Assembly (NCBI GenBank): GCA_963850305.1 | Contig: CAWKKR010000008.1 | Location: 1,024,001 to 1,088,000, forward strand | From: an uncultured delta proteobacterium | GTDB lineage: Bacteria; Myxococcota_A; Polyangia; Polyangiales; Polyangiaceae | Length of the DNA: 64,000 nt | Direction of reading: 5' to 3' | Part shown: positions 10,227 through 19,346 of the stretch, piece by piece | Position numbering within the stretch: the first letter of the stretch is position 1 | Layout of the letters: each line of letters begins with the position of its first letter | The notes under the pieces: generated by a model | The model's database searches: none | Told to the model about the DNA's origin: nothing | What the model saw: only the letters and a program-made list of their open reading frames with translations | Position numbers and translations under genes: made by a program

Positions 10227-11251
10227 GCGACGACCTGGAAGAGCTTCGGTTTCCGGCCGCCACGCCGCGCCGAAGCGAAGACGTCTGGTTGCCGCCGGAT
10301 GCCCTGGAACCACCACCCCGCAGGCGTCGCTGGGAGATCAACGCGCTCCTCTTCGTGTCAACCGTCGTATCCGTGTTCGCGACCGGCGCCTACGCGGTCG
10401 ATCCGGACGCAAGTATGACGTGGGGCGGTTGGTTCCGCTCACTTCCTGCGGGCTGGACGTTTGCGGTGCCGTTGCTGACGATCCTGCTATTTCACGAGTT
10501 CGGGCACTACATCGCCGCCCGGCTGCATCGCGTCGATGCTTCGCTTCCGTACTTTCTCCCCCTGCCCAAGTGGAGCCCCTTCGGCACGATGGGCGCGGTC
10601 ATCGCGATGCGTGGGCGCATCCGTTCCCGCGACGCGCTCCTCGACATCGGAGCTTCGGGGCCGCTTGCCGGACTCCTCATCGCGATTCCGGCATTGATCA
10701 TCGGTCTGTCGCTGTCGCCGGTCGCCCCCAACGGCATCGGGGGGAGCCATTACGTTCAGGAAGGGCAGAGCCTTCTTTACGTCGCACTGAAGCGGCTGGT
10801 CGTCGGAAAGATCCCAGCGGGAGAAGACGTTCAGCTCCATCCAACGGCTTTCGCGGGGTGGGCCGGGCTCCTCGTCACGATGCTGAATCTGTTGCCATGG
10901 GGCCAGCTCGACGGGGGGCATGTCGCGTACGCCCTGCTCGGTTCACGCCAACATCGGTTTGCACGGTGGTTCCGTGCCGCGCTCCTCCCGCTCTTTTTTT
11001 ACAACGCCGCCGTGTTCATCTGGCCGGTGGCCATCGGCCGCTCGAGCCTGGGGTTGGGGTTCGCCGTGGCCAACTCTCTTTTCTGGCTCATGTGGTTCCT
11101 CGTTCTCGGCGTCATCGCGCGGTTTTCGGGAGGCGCCGAGCACCCGCCGACAGACCCGGGCGAATTGTCTCCAAAACGCAAGGTGGTGGCAGTCGTGACA
11201 CTGGTCCTCTTCGTACTTCTCTTCATGCCCACCCCCTGGGCCACGTATTGA
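10223..11251 (+). CDS. Site-2 protease (M50 family) intramembrane metalloprotease
   Basis: HEFGH, GPLAG, NLLPWGQLDGGH; multiple TM segments. Confidence 0.95.
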   Translation: MSDDLEELRFPAATPRRSEDVWLPPDALEPPPRRRRWEINALLFVSTVVSVFATGAYAVDPDASMTWGGWFRSLPAGWTFAVPLLTILLFHEFGHYIAARLHRVDASLPYFLPLPKWSPFGTMGAVIAMRGRIRSRDALLDIGASGPLAGLLIAIPALIIGLSLSPVAPNGIGGSHYVQEGQSLLYVALKRLVVGKIPAGEDVQLHPTAFAGWAGLLVTMLNLLPWGQLDGGHVAYALLGSRQHRFARWFRAALLPLFFYNAAVFIWPVAIGRSSLGLGFAVANSLFWLMWFLVLGVIARFSGGAEHPPTDPGELSPKRKVVAVVTLVLFVLLFMPTPWATY

Positions 11252-11261
11252 CGTCGCTGTA

Positions 11262-11759
11262 CTACTTCTGGGCGTACTTCAACGCGAGAGCCTGACAGAC
11301 GGCGCTGGGCGCGTAGCGACTGACATCTCCCCCGTGGCTCGCGATCTCGCGCACGAGTGAGGCGGAAATGAAGCCGTAGTTCGTCCTTGTCGGAAGGAAC
11401 ACAGTGTCCACCTCCGGGGCCAGATCGGCGTTCGCATGAGCGATCTGCAGCTCGTATTCGAAGTCAGTCGCTGCACGAAGCCCGCGCACGATGATCCGAG
11501 CCCCGATCTGGCGGGCGTAGTCGACCAGCAGGCCCGCGAAGAGAGCAACCTCGACATTCCGTAGCGGCGCGCACACCTTTTCCAGTAGCTCGACACGCTC
11601 CTCGACGCTGAACAGGGGAGATCGCGTCGGGTGCTGACCGAGTGCGACCACGACTCTCGGGAAGAGCTTGGATGCTCGCTCGACGAGATCCAGATGGCCG
11701 TTCGTCGGAGGGTCGAAGCTACCCGCATAAATCGCCAAGGAGGACGACATGCGCTTCAT
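11262..11759 (-). CDS. coaD: Pantetheine-phosphate adenylyltransferase (start 11759 or 11750)
   Basis: YAGSFDPPTNGH, RGLR..DFEYE, ISASLVREIA. Confidence 0.97.
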   Translation of the reverse strand: MKRMSSSLAIYAGSFDPPTNGHLDLVERASKLFPRVVVALGQHPTRSPLFSVEERVELLEKVCAPLRNVEVALFAGLLVDYARQIGARIIVRGLRAATDFEYELQIAHANADLAPEVDTVFLPTRTNYGFISASLVREIASHGGDVSRYAPSAVCQALALKYAQK

Positions 11760-11809
11760 CGCCTTATAGCACCGGGCCGCAGTCGTCGCGACGGGTTCCG
11801 TGGAGAACG

Positions 11810-13114
11810 TCAGGGAGGTGGCGCAGACGGGGAACGAGATGGCGGGAGCAGCTCCACGGGCGGCGCGATGGGGGCCGCGGAGGGCGGGGACGGGGCGGCG
11901 AATGTCGTGTCTTCGAGCCAGAGGGTCCGGCCCCCGTCGCCGAGCGTCAGTCGAAATGCCGCAAGCAATCCCGAACCAATGAGCCCATCGAGATTCACCC
12001 CAAGGCTCTTGTCGAATTCATCGAGTGGCGCGCCATACACGCCGGGAACGTGCGGAATATCGAAGGCACCGAGGATCAGGTGAGGCAGAACGCCCTGCTC
12101 GAGCTGTCCACCGTTGGGCACCGGAGAGAGGGACGACAACGGAACGCCCGCTTTCTTCCAGCCACGTTCGTCGAGGGCGATCGGAAACTGCATCGCGGTA
12201 TCGATCAATAGCGAGCCTGCCGATGCGTCGTCGCCAGCCAGGTTCGTTCTGAAGACCATTCCGCCGCCCCGGATGTAGCCGAGATGCAGGGTCGTCGCGC
12301 GTTCCGGTGGCGCCGCTTCCGACGCGCGCACGACGAACTGACTGCCCTGAAAGTCGATCGTCGGGTGTATGTGCCGCAGCAGATTCACGCCGAGAAGCAC
12401 CTTGATTGGCGCGTTGAGTTCGCGTGAAATGCCAGTCAGATCCTTCGTCAGGGCGGGCACATCCTGCACCTCTATTCGGTCGCCGAACCGGAGGGATACC
12501 CATGACGGTTGCCGCCCCGCCCCGGAGTCCATCACGACCTCGGCCGTACCCGTCGCAATGAGACCAAGGACCGGTTCCCCGTCGAGCTCGAGCGGCACGA
12601 CGAACGCGCTCCCCCCAACGACGGGCATCTCGCAAACGGCAAGGATACCCCCCGCCATCTGGAACGGCACCCGCCCCGCGCCCCGTCGGGCAAGCTTCGC
12701 GACGTCCTCGGCCCAAGGATCGCGAACATCGGGATCGGCCACGAGTTGCTCGAGTTCGTCCGCGGCGCGGTCGACCTGCCCCGAATACCAGAAGGCGCGA
12801 CCTCGGATAGCGCGCGCCTCGCTCGAGTCGATCCCCTCGACCGACCGAATGGCGGCGTCGTAGTCAAGGTTGGCCAGGGCAACCCGCGCTGCGAGGATTC
12901 GAATCTCCTGTCGGTGTGGCTCCACTCGGAGCGCGTTGTCCACGGACAGCGATGCATCCTCCAGGTCCACGTCGAGATAGCTGGCCGCAGCACGGTCGAA
13001 CCATTTCTTCGCCAGGGGAGGCCACTCGGCGCCCGTCAGCGCGACGGTCGTGCTGCATGCGCCCGCACCGACTGCGAGCATACACAGGAAAAAAGGGACG
13101 AGTCTCGCGCGCAC
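11810..13114 (-). CDS. Lipoprotein with TPRs and two retropepsin-like (aspartyl protease fold) domains
   Basis: Lipobox AGAC; TPR helices; 'LIATGT...LLGVNLL' and 'LIDTA...DGLIGSGLL'. Confidence 0.65.
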   Translation of the reverse strand: MRARLVPFFLCMLAVGAGACSTTVALTGAEWPPLAKKWFDRAAASYLDVDLEDASLSVDNALRVEPHRQEIRILAARVALANLDYDAAIRSVEGIDSSEARAIRGRAFWYSGQVDRAADELEQLVADPDVRDPWAEDVAKLARRGAGRVPFQMAGGILAVCEMPVVGGSAFVVPLELDGEPVLGLIATGTAEVVMDSGAGRQPSWVSLRFGDRIEVQDVPALTKDLTGISRELNAPIKVLLGVNLLRHIHPTIDFQGSQFVVRASEAAPPERATTLHLGYIRGGGMVFRTNLAGDDASAGSLLIDTAMQFPIALDERGWKKAGVPLSSLSPVPNGGQLEQGVLPHLILGAFDIPHVPGVYGAPLDEFDKSLGVNLDGLIGSGLLAAFRLTLGDGGRTLWLEDTTFAAPSPPSAAPIAPPVELLPPSRSPSAPPP

Positions 13115-13264
13115 CTTCGGGCTCCGGCCCGGCTTGATAGCGCGCTTTCCCCCCAGGCGCGACGGCCTTTTCCTGCGCGTCGGGGCAGCCGCGGGCGCTC
13201 GCAGGCGGCAGCGTGCGCTCGGACCCCCGATCGTCGAATCGCGACTGGTGTAGAATCACTGGTC

Positions 13265-13798
13265 ATGAACGTCTGCGCGGCGACCGGATTCTGTTCCACG
13301 GTATTCGTTCTGGCCATATCGTGTGGCGCCAAGAATCAAGAGGCGGGTGCCTCGACGGCGGTGCCGCCGACTGCCCCGATCACGGCCACATCGACTTCTG
13401 CCCCGGAGCCATCGGCGGCAGCGGTTCCCGCGGCTTCCTCGGAGCCCGAAGGCCCCGGCTCCGCAAACCCGAGCCCGGCCAACTCCACGACGGACCGCGA
13501 AGATTCTCGCAGCATCGCCTCCATTGCGGCCATCGTGAAGGCCCACCGTCGGGAAGCACGTGCTTGCTACGAAAATGCGTTGAAGCAGGTCGCTGGCCTG
13601 AAGGGGGACGTGGTCGTGCATTTCACACTCAAGCCCAGCGGAGAGGTGAAGCTGGTGGAACTCAACCGCGAGCGGAGCACGATCACCGAGCCACTCGTCG
13701 TGAACTGCGTCATCAGTGTGATATCGGCGATCGAATTCCCGAAATCGTCGAAGGGCATGGAGACCACCGTCAATTACCCCTTCAACTTCAACCCATAG
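13265..13798 (+). CDS. Lipoprotein with an AgmX/PglI (TonB-like) C-terminal domain
   Basis: Lipobox AISC; Pro/Ser linker; 'RACYENAL...G.V.VHF...NC...FPK....TVNYPFNF'. Confidence 0.85.
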   Translation: MNVCAATGFCSTVFVLAISCGAKNQEAGASTAVPPTAPITATSTSAPEPSAAAVPAASSEPEGPGSANPSPANSTTDREDSRSIASIAAIVKAHRREARACYENALKQVAGLKGDVVVHFTLKPSGEVKLVELNRERSTITEPLVVNCVISVISAIEFPKSSKGMETTVNYPFNFNP

Positions 13799-13817
13799 CG
13801 CGGGCGCCGGGGATCCG

Positions 13818-15425
13818 GTGCTGGACGCGCCACCGAAAATTCCATCGGCACCGAGAGACGTCGACGCGTACGCCGATCTACTGAGCCGGACTCGGGGGCT
13901 CGCAAGCGAACATCGCGCGGAACGGGATCGGTGGTTCGTCGAGCTCCGCGTCGATAACAAGGAAGAGCTCCTCTTCGAGCTCGAGGTGTTGCTGAAGGCG
14001 ACAGCGTGTTTTTCGAACCCGCGAAACCATCCGGGCCCCCCGAAGCGGGCGTCCGTGGTGGCTCAGGACTTCCGGGAAGCCACGACGCTCCTGAGGGACG
14101 GCCTGACGCGAGCCGTATTCTTGATCCGCCAGCTCCTCGGACCGCGCGAACGCGCCTACGTCTTTCACCGGTACCTCGAGACGGTTCTGCCTGAAGACAG
14201 CTTGCGAACTCGCCTGGTTCACGAAGGCACCACGCAGTCGTCTCCGGAAGAGAGTCTCATGACGCTCCGGCATGCCCTGTCGAACGCCGTCCAGGTGACC
14301 GAGGGGCTCCTCCGTGCGCCGCGAATTCCCTTCCGAATTTTCTATGCCACGTCATCGCTCGTGCAGCGTGAGGTCGCTCAGAGCGCGTTCTTCAATCCGC
14401 TATCGGCGCTGGAATTTCGGCCCGAATTCGACCGGATCAAGTCACCGGAAGTGCTGGAGGTCATCCGGAACGGCCAGCGCGGAAAGGCTCATCATTTCGT
14501 CGCATTGACGTTCCTGTCGCTCTTCCGGATGCTCCGGTATCTCCGTCTGATAGGGCGCATTCTCGCTGAAACTGGGAAGCGCGAGGTAGTCGCTGGTAGG
14601 GCCTATCTCGTCCTGAGCGTGCTGCGCTCGGACGCCCGCGCCCTCTCCGACTACCTTCGGCGGAGAGCAGGTTCTCATCTCGCCGACAGCTATCAACGCG
14701 AGGTCTTCTCGGTGCCCGCGCGGGAACTCGTTGCCCAGGCGCCGACGCTTCGCGCGGAAGGGCACAGGCTCGTTGCCATACGGAGCGCCCTCGAGGGCAT
14801 CGCAGGAAGTCTACGCCTGGAGATGCGCCGGTCGTTTCTGCACGATTTGCCGGCGCCCGAAACTCTACCGAGCGACCGTCAGCTCCGTGACGCGCTTCAG
14901 GTGACCATCGACAACGTGCGACCGGCTCTTCGAAACTCGATCCTGTTTCTCGGGCGCGCTCTCGGCGTCTCCTTCGAAGAAGGGGGCGTGTTCGATGATC
15001 ACGCGGCGCGACGTGAAACGAGTGAACGATTGCGGCGCGACGTCTGGATGTTCGGTCAGATCGTCCGCGCCTTTTACACGAAGGCGCAATACACGGAACT
15101 CGAGGACCGCTGGACGGCCCTCCACAACTTCCAGTACGTCCGCGAGTTCCTCGCGTACTTCCGGGCGATGGGCTACCCGCTGCTCCGCGTAGCCGATTAC
15201 CCGCGTTTCGACGCCTTCATTACCGCAATGACTCACCTCGAAGACACGGATCTCGTCGATCCCACACGCCTCGAGCGGGCGATCGACGAATGCATGGCCT
15301 TCCACGGCTACCTGCAGCAACTCTTCGAGGCCATTTCGCGCCGCGACGCACTCGATGGGGTCGTATTCGACAGGAAGGGCGCGGCGACCGCCCTTCGTCT
15401 CTATCTCGGCGACGCGATGGGCTGA
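13818..15425 (+). CDS. Hypothetical all-helical cytoplasmic protein (535 aa)
   Basis: Long ORF with protein-like composition and GC3-biased codons; no motif recognised. Confidence 0.75.
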   Translation: MLDAPPKIPSAPRDVDAYADLLSRTRGLASEHRAERDRWFVELRVDNKEELLFELEVLLKATACFSNPRNHPGPPKRASVVAQDFREATTLLRDGLTRAVFLIRQLLGPRERAYVFHRYLETVLPEDSLRTRLVHEGTTQSSPEESLMTLRHALSNAVQVTEGLLRAPRIPFRIFYATSSLVQREVAQSAFFNPLSALEFRPEFDRIKSPEVLEVIRNGQRGKAHHFVALTFLSLFRMLRYLRLIGRILAETGKREVVAGRAYLVLSVLRSDARALSDYLRRRAGSHLADSYQREVFSVPARELVAQAPTLRAEGHRLVAIRSALEGIAGSLRLEMRRSFLHDLPAPETLPSDRQLRDALQVTIDNVRPALRNSILFLGRALGVSFEEGGVFDDHAARRETSERLRRDVWMFGQIVRAFYTKAQYTELEDRWTALHNFQYVREFLAYFRAMGYPLLRVADYPRFDAFITAMTHLEDTDLVDPTRLERAIDECMAFHGYLQQLFEAISRRDALDGVVFDRKGAATALRLYLGDAMG

Positions 15426-15438
15426 GCGCCCGCGCACG

Positions 15439-15510
15439 AGAAAAGACGCCACCCGAAGGGCATGGAGCTCAGCAGCTCGTGTGGCCTTCTGGGTGGTCGC
15501 CTATTCTTCC
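15439..15510. terminator. Long imperfect hairpin between convergent genes, probably a bidirectional terminator
   Basis: ccacccgaagg / ccttctgggtgg arms enclosing gagct-cagc-agctc, with A-rich and T-rich flanks. Confidence 0.55.
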
Positions 15511-15526
15511 AATTTCGAAAACGAAA

Positions 15527-15682
15527 TCAGCCCGCTGCGGGCGCAGACTTCGCCGCCTTCTTGCGGCGCTTTCCGGCCTTCTTGCGACCGCCCTTCTTGG
15601 CAGCGCGTTTCTTTGCAACTTTGCCAGCCTTCTTTGCTGCCGGCTTCTTCGCCCTCTTCGTTTTCGTCTTCTTAGCGGCCAT
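15527..15682 (-). CDS. Small Lys/Ala-rich histone H1-like DNA-binding protein (51 aa)
   Basis: MAAKKTKTKRAKKPAAKKAGKVAKKRAAKKGGRKKAGKRRKKAAKSAPAAG; strong RBS AGGAGG before the ATG. Confidence 0.8.
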   Translation of the reverse strand: MAAKKTKTKRAKKPAAKKAGKVAKKRAAKKGGRKKAGKRRKKAAKSAPAAG

Positions 15683-15749
15683 GTGGTGCCTCCTGGGAAC
15701 ACCTGGCGCGGGCGCCTGATGGCGCTTCTCGCTCAGGTATGTTGCATGA

Positions 15750-15779
15750 CTTATATTGCCACCTATCCTCATTCGTCAA
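15750..15779 (-). promoter_or_regulatory. Putative sigmaA promoter TTGACG-N18-TATAAG for the histone-like gene
   Basis: Read from the reverse strand in an AT-rich patch. Confidence 0.45.
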
Positions 15780-16011
15780 CGAAAAAAGTGCGGGGCAAAA
15801 AATAACTATGGCGTGCGGATGCCCACAATGCCGCGCAAGCCCTGCATAGGCGCCTTCCGCGTTGCGTCAGCGTGGGACACCGCGGGGCGGCTGGCTGCTA
15901 ACAAAATGTGCTGGAGTTCAGCGCTATTGACGCCCCATTCGACGCCGCGATACGCGGGGGAACGAGCGCGCTGCTGCGATCCGGATTCGGAGCGGCGCGC
16001 GAGGAGTACTT

Positions 16012-16827
16012 TTGGACCATCTCGTCGTTCGCCGTGTTTCGCTTTTGATCCTGCTGTCGCTCGCCGTGAGCGGGTGCGGATATTCGCAAGAAGAATGGGA
16101 TCAAAAGGTTCGAGAGAACGAGGGCCTGCGTACACAGTTGAACTCGCAACGCCAGGCACGAGAAAAGTGCGAGTCCGACTACGCTTCGACCCTCCACGAA
16201 GTCGAGGACCTGAAGCAGAAGCTACGCGAGCGGGGCTTGAACCTCGACAATGTGACGCAGAGTCTCGAACAAGAGCGGCGGGCACTGGAAGAATACAAAA
16301 CGCGCGCCGAACAGCTCGACCAGATCCGGAAGCGCTTCGAATCTTTGAGAGACAAGCTGCAGCAGCTGACGAACCTGGGGCTCAAGGTCGAAGTAAGGGA
16401 CAATCGCATGCTCATCCAGCTCCCTGGTGACGTGCTGTTCGACTCGGCCAGCGACAAGCTCAAGCCGCGCGGAAAAGAGATCCTCACGGCCGTCGCGGCG
16501 GTGGTTCGCGGCGACCCCGATCTCTCGAAGCGCGAGTTCCAGGTCGCAGGCCACACGGACTCAAAGCCGCTCAAGGGCGGTCCCTTCCAGGACAACTGGG
16601 GCCTCTCCGCAATGCGGGCTCGTTCGGTCCTCGCATTCCTCGTGGCGCCACTGGCTGAAAATGGGGGCGGCCTCGATCCGAAGAACTGGAGCGCCGCGGG
16701 CTACGGAGACACGGATCCGGTCGCGAGCAACGACACGGACGAGGGCCGAGAGAAGAATCGCCGTGTGGAGCTCGTCGTCATGCCCAACGTGGAAGAGATG
16801 CTCGATCTCAACAGCCTCGCCCAGTGA
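16012..16827 (+). CDS. OmpA/MotB-family lipoprotein with a coiled coil
   Basis: Lipobox VSGC; coiled coil; VLFDS, GHTD, NWGLSAMRA, GYG..P.A.N....GR..NRRVE. Confidence 0.9.
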   Translation: MDHLVVRRVSLLILLSLAVSGCGYSQEEWDQKVRENEGLRTQLNSQRQAREKCESDYASTLHEVEDLKQKLRERGLNLDNVTQSLEQERRALEEYKTRAEQLDQIRKRFESLRDKLQQLTNLGLKVEVRDNRMLIQLPGDVLFDSASDKLKPRGKEILTAVAAVVRGDPDLSKREFQVAGHTDSKPLKGGPFQDNWGLSAMRARSVLAFLVAPLAENGGGLDPKNWSAAGYGDTDPVASNDTDEGREKNRRVELVVMPNVEEMLDLNSLAQ

Positions 16828-16829
16828 AC

Positions 16830-17756
16830 ATGAGCACTGGACGTCGCATCGCCGCGATCGACGTCGGAACGAACACGGTACTACTTCTCGTGGCGGAGGA
16901 CGGCGACGATGGGCCCCGGCCCATTGTCGAGCGTGCAACCATAACGCGGCTCGGCCAAGGGGTAGATCGCACGGGACGCCTCTCGAGGGATGCCATGGCG
17001 CGCACCGTCGCCTGCCTGGCGGAATACGCGGAGCTTGCCCGGAGCCACGGGGTGAGTGAAGTCGCGGCCGTTTGCACGAGCGCGGCGCGTGACGCGGACA
17101 ATGGCGCGGAATTCATCGACATGGCTGCCGGGGCGCTCGGCGTCACTCCTCGGATCATCGCGGGCGAGGAAGAAGCTCGGCTGACGTTCGAGGGTGCCAT
17201 TCAGGGCCTGCGCATACGAGGGCGGGTGACGGTCTTCGACATCGGCGGTGGCAGCACCGAGATCATCCTGGGCACGGTGTCCGGGTCGGACGCGCAGATA
17301 CACGAGGCGACGAGCTTGAACATTGGAAGCGTAAGGCTCACCGAGCGGCACGTCCGACACGACCCGCCGACCTCCGCGGAGCTCGAGGCCCTTCGAACGA
17401 CCGCGCGCGAAGCCCTCGACCGTGTGCCGCGTCAACCGACCACTGAACTAGTCGGAGTGGCCGGAACAATCACGACCCTCGCATCGATCCGGGTCGGGCT
17501 TGCGAGCTACGACCCGAACAAAATTCATGGCGTGATCCTTCATCGAGCAGAGATCGAGGAGATGACCGCACGCCTGGCGCTTCTCCCACTGAGTGCGCGA
17601 AAGGCGACACCTGGGCTCGATCCCGCTCGCGCAGACGTCATCGTGGCAGGCGCTTGTCTTGCACTGCAGGTCCTCGACTGGGCGCGGGCGGATGCGCTCC
17701 GCGTCTCAGACCGCGGAGTACGCTTCGGGCTTGCAAAGGCCCTCCTGCGGAGCTGA
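16830..17756 (+). CDS. ppx: Ppx/GppA family phosphatase (short form)
   Basis: IDVGTNT, EEEA, DIGGGSTE, RADVI, GVRFG. Confidence 0.9.
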   Translation: MSTGRRIAAIDVGTNTVLLLVAEDGDDGPRPIVERATITRLGQGVDRTGRLSRDAMARTVACLAEYAELARSHGVSEVAAVCTSAARDADNGAEFIDMAAGALGVTPRIIAGEEEARLTFEGAIQGLRIRGRVTVFDIGGGSTEIILGTVSGSDAQIHEATSLNIGSVRLTERHVRHDPPTSAELEALRTTAREALDRVPRQPTTELVGVAGTITTLASIRVGLASYDPNKIHGVILHRAEIEEMTARLALLPLSARKATPGLDPARADVIVAGACLALQVLDWARADALRVSDRGVRFGLAKALLRS

Positions 17757-17844
17757 GAACCCGCTCAGTGAACGCGAACTGTCCGCCGCGCGAGATGAAT
17801 TTCCATGGTCTCCGTCGGATTCAGTCTGGATTGTTTTTTCTACC

Positions 17845-17873
17845 TTGACGACCAGGGTTTGCTTGACTAGAGT
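17845..17873 (+). promoter_or_regulatory. SigmaA promoter TTGACG-N17-TAGAGT upstream of carD
   Basis: Near-consensus -35 and -10 with 17-nt spacer and a T-rich upstream tract. Confidence 0.7.
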
Positions 17874-18074
17874 TTCGCGCCTGGCGGGGCCTGCGCAAAA
17901 TGCAGCTCATAACCCGCAGTGCTCCACCTCATTTGCACGTCCAGCAGCGTCAGCTGCGGGAATAACCGGTGGGTCTGGGCCGTTCAGACAACCTGACGGC
18001 CGCTCGGACGTCGAGCAGTTCCTCGTGCCGAATGCGGTCTACTCGCACCGGCGTTTCGCTCCAAAGGAGAGGTC

Positions 18075-18578
18075 ATGCAGAGCCCCGAAATCGAGTTCAA
18101 AGTCGGCGACAAGGCAGTCTATCCCGCCCAGGGCGTAGCCGAGGTCATCAGCATCGACGAGAAGGATATTGCCGGATCGCGACAGCGATTCTACGTCCTT
18201 CGGATCCTCGATACTGACCGGAAAATCATGGTCCCGGTCTCGAATGCCAATGCCGTGGGCCTGAGGCAGGTCATCAGCGAGCAAGAAATTCGGGAGATTT
18301 TCGACATCCTGAAGGAGCGCACCATCGGCTTCGATACCCAGACCTGGAATCGTCGGTATCGCGGGTTCATGGACAAGATCAAGACCGGGTTCATCTACGA
18401 CGTGGCCGAGGTTCTCCGGGACCTGTACCGACTGAAGGCAAACAAGCAGCTCTCGTTCGGTGAGCGTCGCATGCTCGATACTGCGCGCACGCTCATCGTC
18501 AAGGAGATCGCCGTCGCCCGTGGCCAGACGGAGGAGCACGTACGAACCGAGATCGAAGCGATCTTCTTCGCCAACTGA
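18075..18578 (+). CDS. carD: CarD/CdnL RNA-polymerase-binding transcription factor
   Basis: FKVGDKAVYPAQGV, WNRRYR, LSFGERRML; RBS AAGGAGAGG. Confidence 0.95.
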   Translation: MQSPEIEFKVGDKAVYPAQGVAEVISIDEKDIAGSRQRFYVLRILDTDRKIMVPVSNANAVGLRQVISEQEIREIFDILKERTIGFDTQTWNRRYRGFMDKIKTGFIYDVAEVLRDLYRLKANKQLSFGERRMLDTARTLIVKEIAVARGQTEEHVRTEIEAIFFAN

Positions 18579-18640
18579 GCCGACATCGTTCTCGACGGGA
18601 CGGACGCTTCCACTGGGGGCGTCCGTTTCGCGTTTTGTCG

Positions 18641-19096
18641 TCACTCGCGCATCTTGATCGGAGCGACTTCCGGAATATCGATGACGACACGCCAGTGACC
18701 TTGCTCGCGAACGCATCGGATTTCTCGCTGCTCCCGGCTCGGGGCTTCGCCGAATACCGTCACCACGGCCCAATCCCCATTCCGGGTAGCCTTGAACCGA
18801 TGCGGTTCGAAGATCATCGAAAAGCGCGACGGCACGAGCATGTCCTCGGGCGCCACGACTCGACCCTCAACGGCGCTGGCTCGCTTCGCGCGCTCCTCCA
18901 GGTTCTTGCGCGCCGGAGACCATAAAAGTTCGTACGCCTCCCTGGCTGGGCGTGGATCCCCATGGACGCGCTGCATGAAATCGATGAATGCCTGAACGGC
19001 AGCTTCCGGGGTGGAGTCGACGGCGCGCTCCTCGCAGCCGGCAAGCCCGATCACCACGGCGATCACCGCGAAGGCTCGGCCCTTGGCGGCTCTCAT
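18641..19096 (-). CDS. Lipoprotein, NTF2/DUF4878-like
   Basis: Lipobox LAGC; 'TPEAAVQAF...AYELL...VREQGHWRV'. Confidence 0.7.
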   Translation of the reverse strand: MRAAKGRAFAVIAVVIGLAGCEERAVDSTPEAAVQAFIDFMQRVHGDPRPAREAYELLWSPARKNLEERAKRASAVEGRVVAPEDMLVPSRFSMIFEPHRFKATRNGDWAVVTVFGEAPSREQREIRCVREQGHWRVVIDIPEVAPIKMRE

Positions 19097-19346
19097 TGGC
19101 CTGCCGTCGTCGGTCCCATCGCCACCCGCACGCCGGTCATGGTTGGCGCTCGCACGCAAGTCTCCGAGGGCAAGGCGTCGATCGGTCGCATCTCCGGGAG
19201 CATGCGCAAGCGCTCGCTCATTTTATCGCTCAGCTAACCCTGACCCGCGCTCCGTGCAAGCGACACCGCCGGCACGCGCTGTTCGCTCGCGCGACGACGC
19301 AGAATTTGGCCCCGAGGGAACTGGGCTCGTTACGATTTCACACCCA

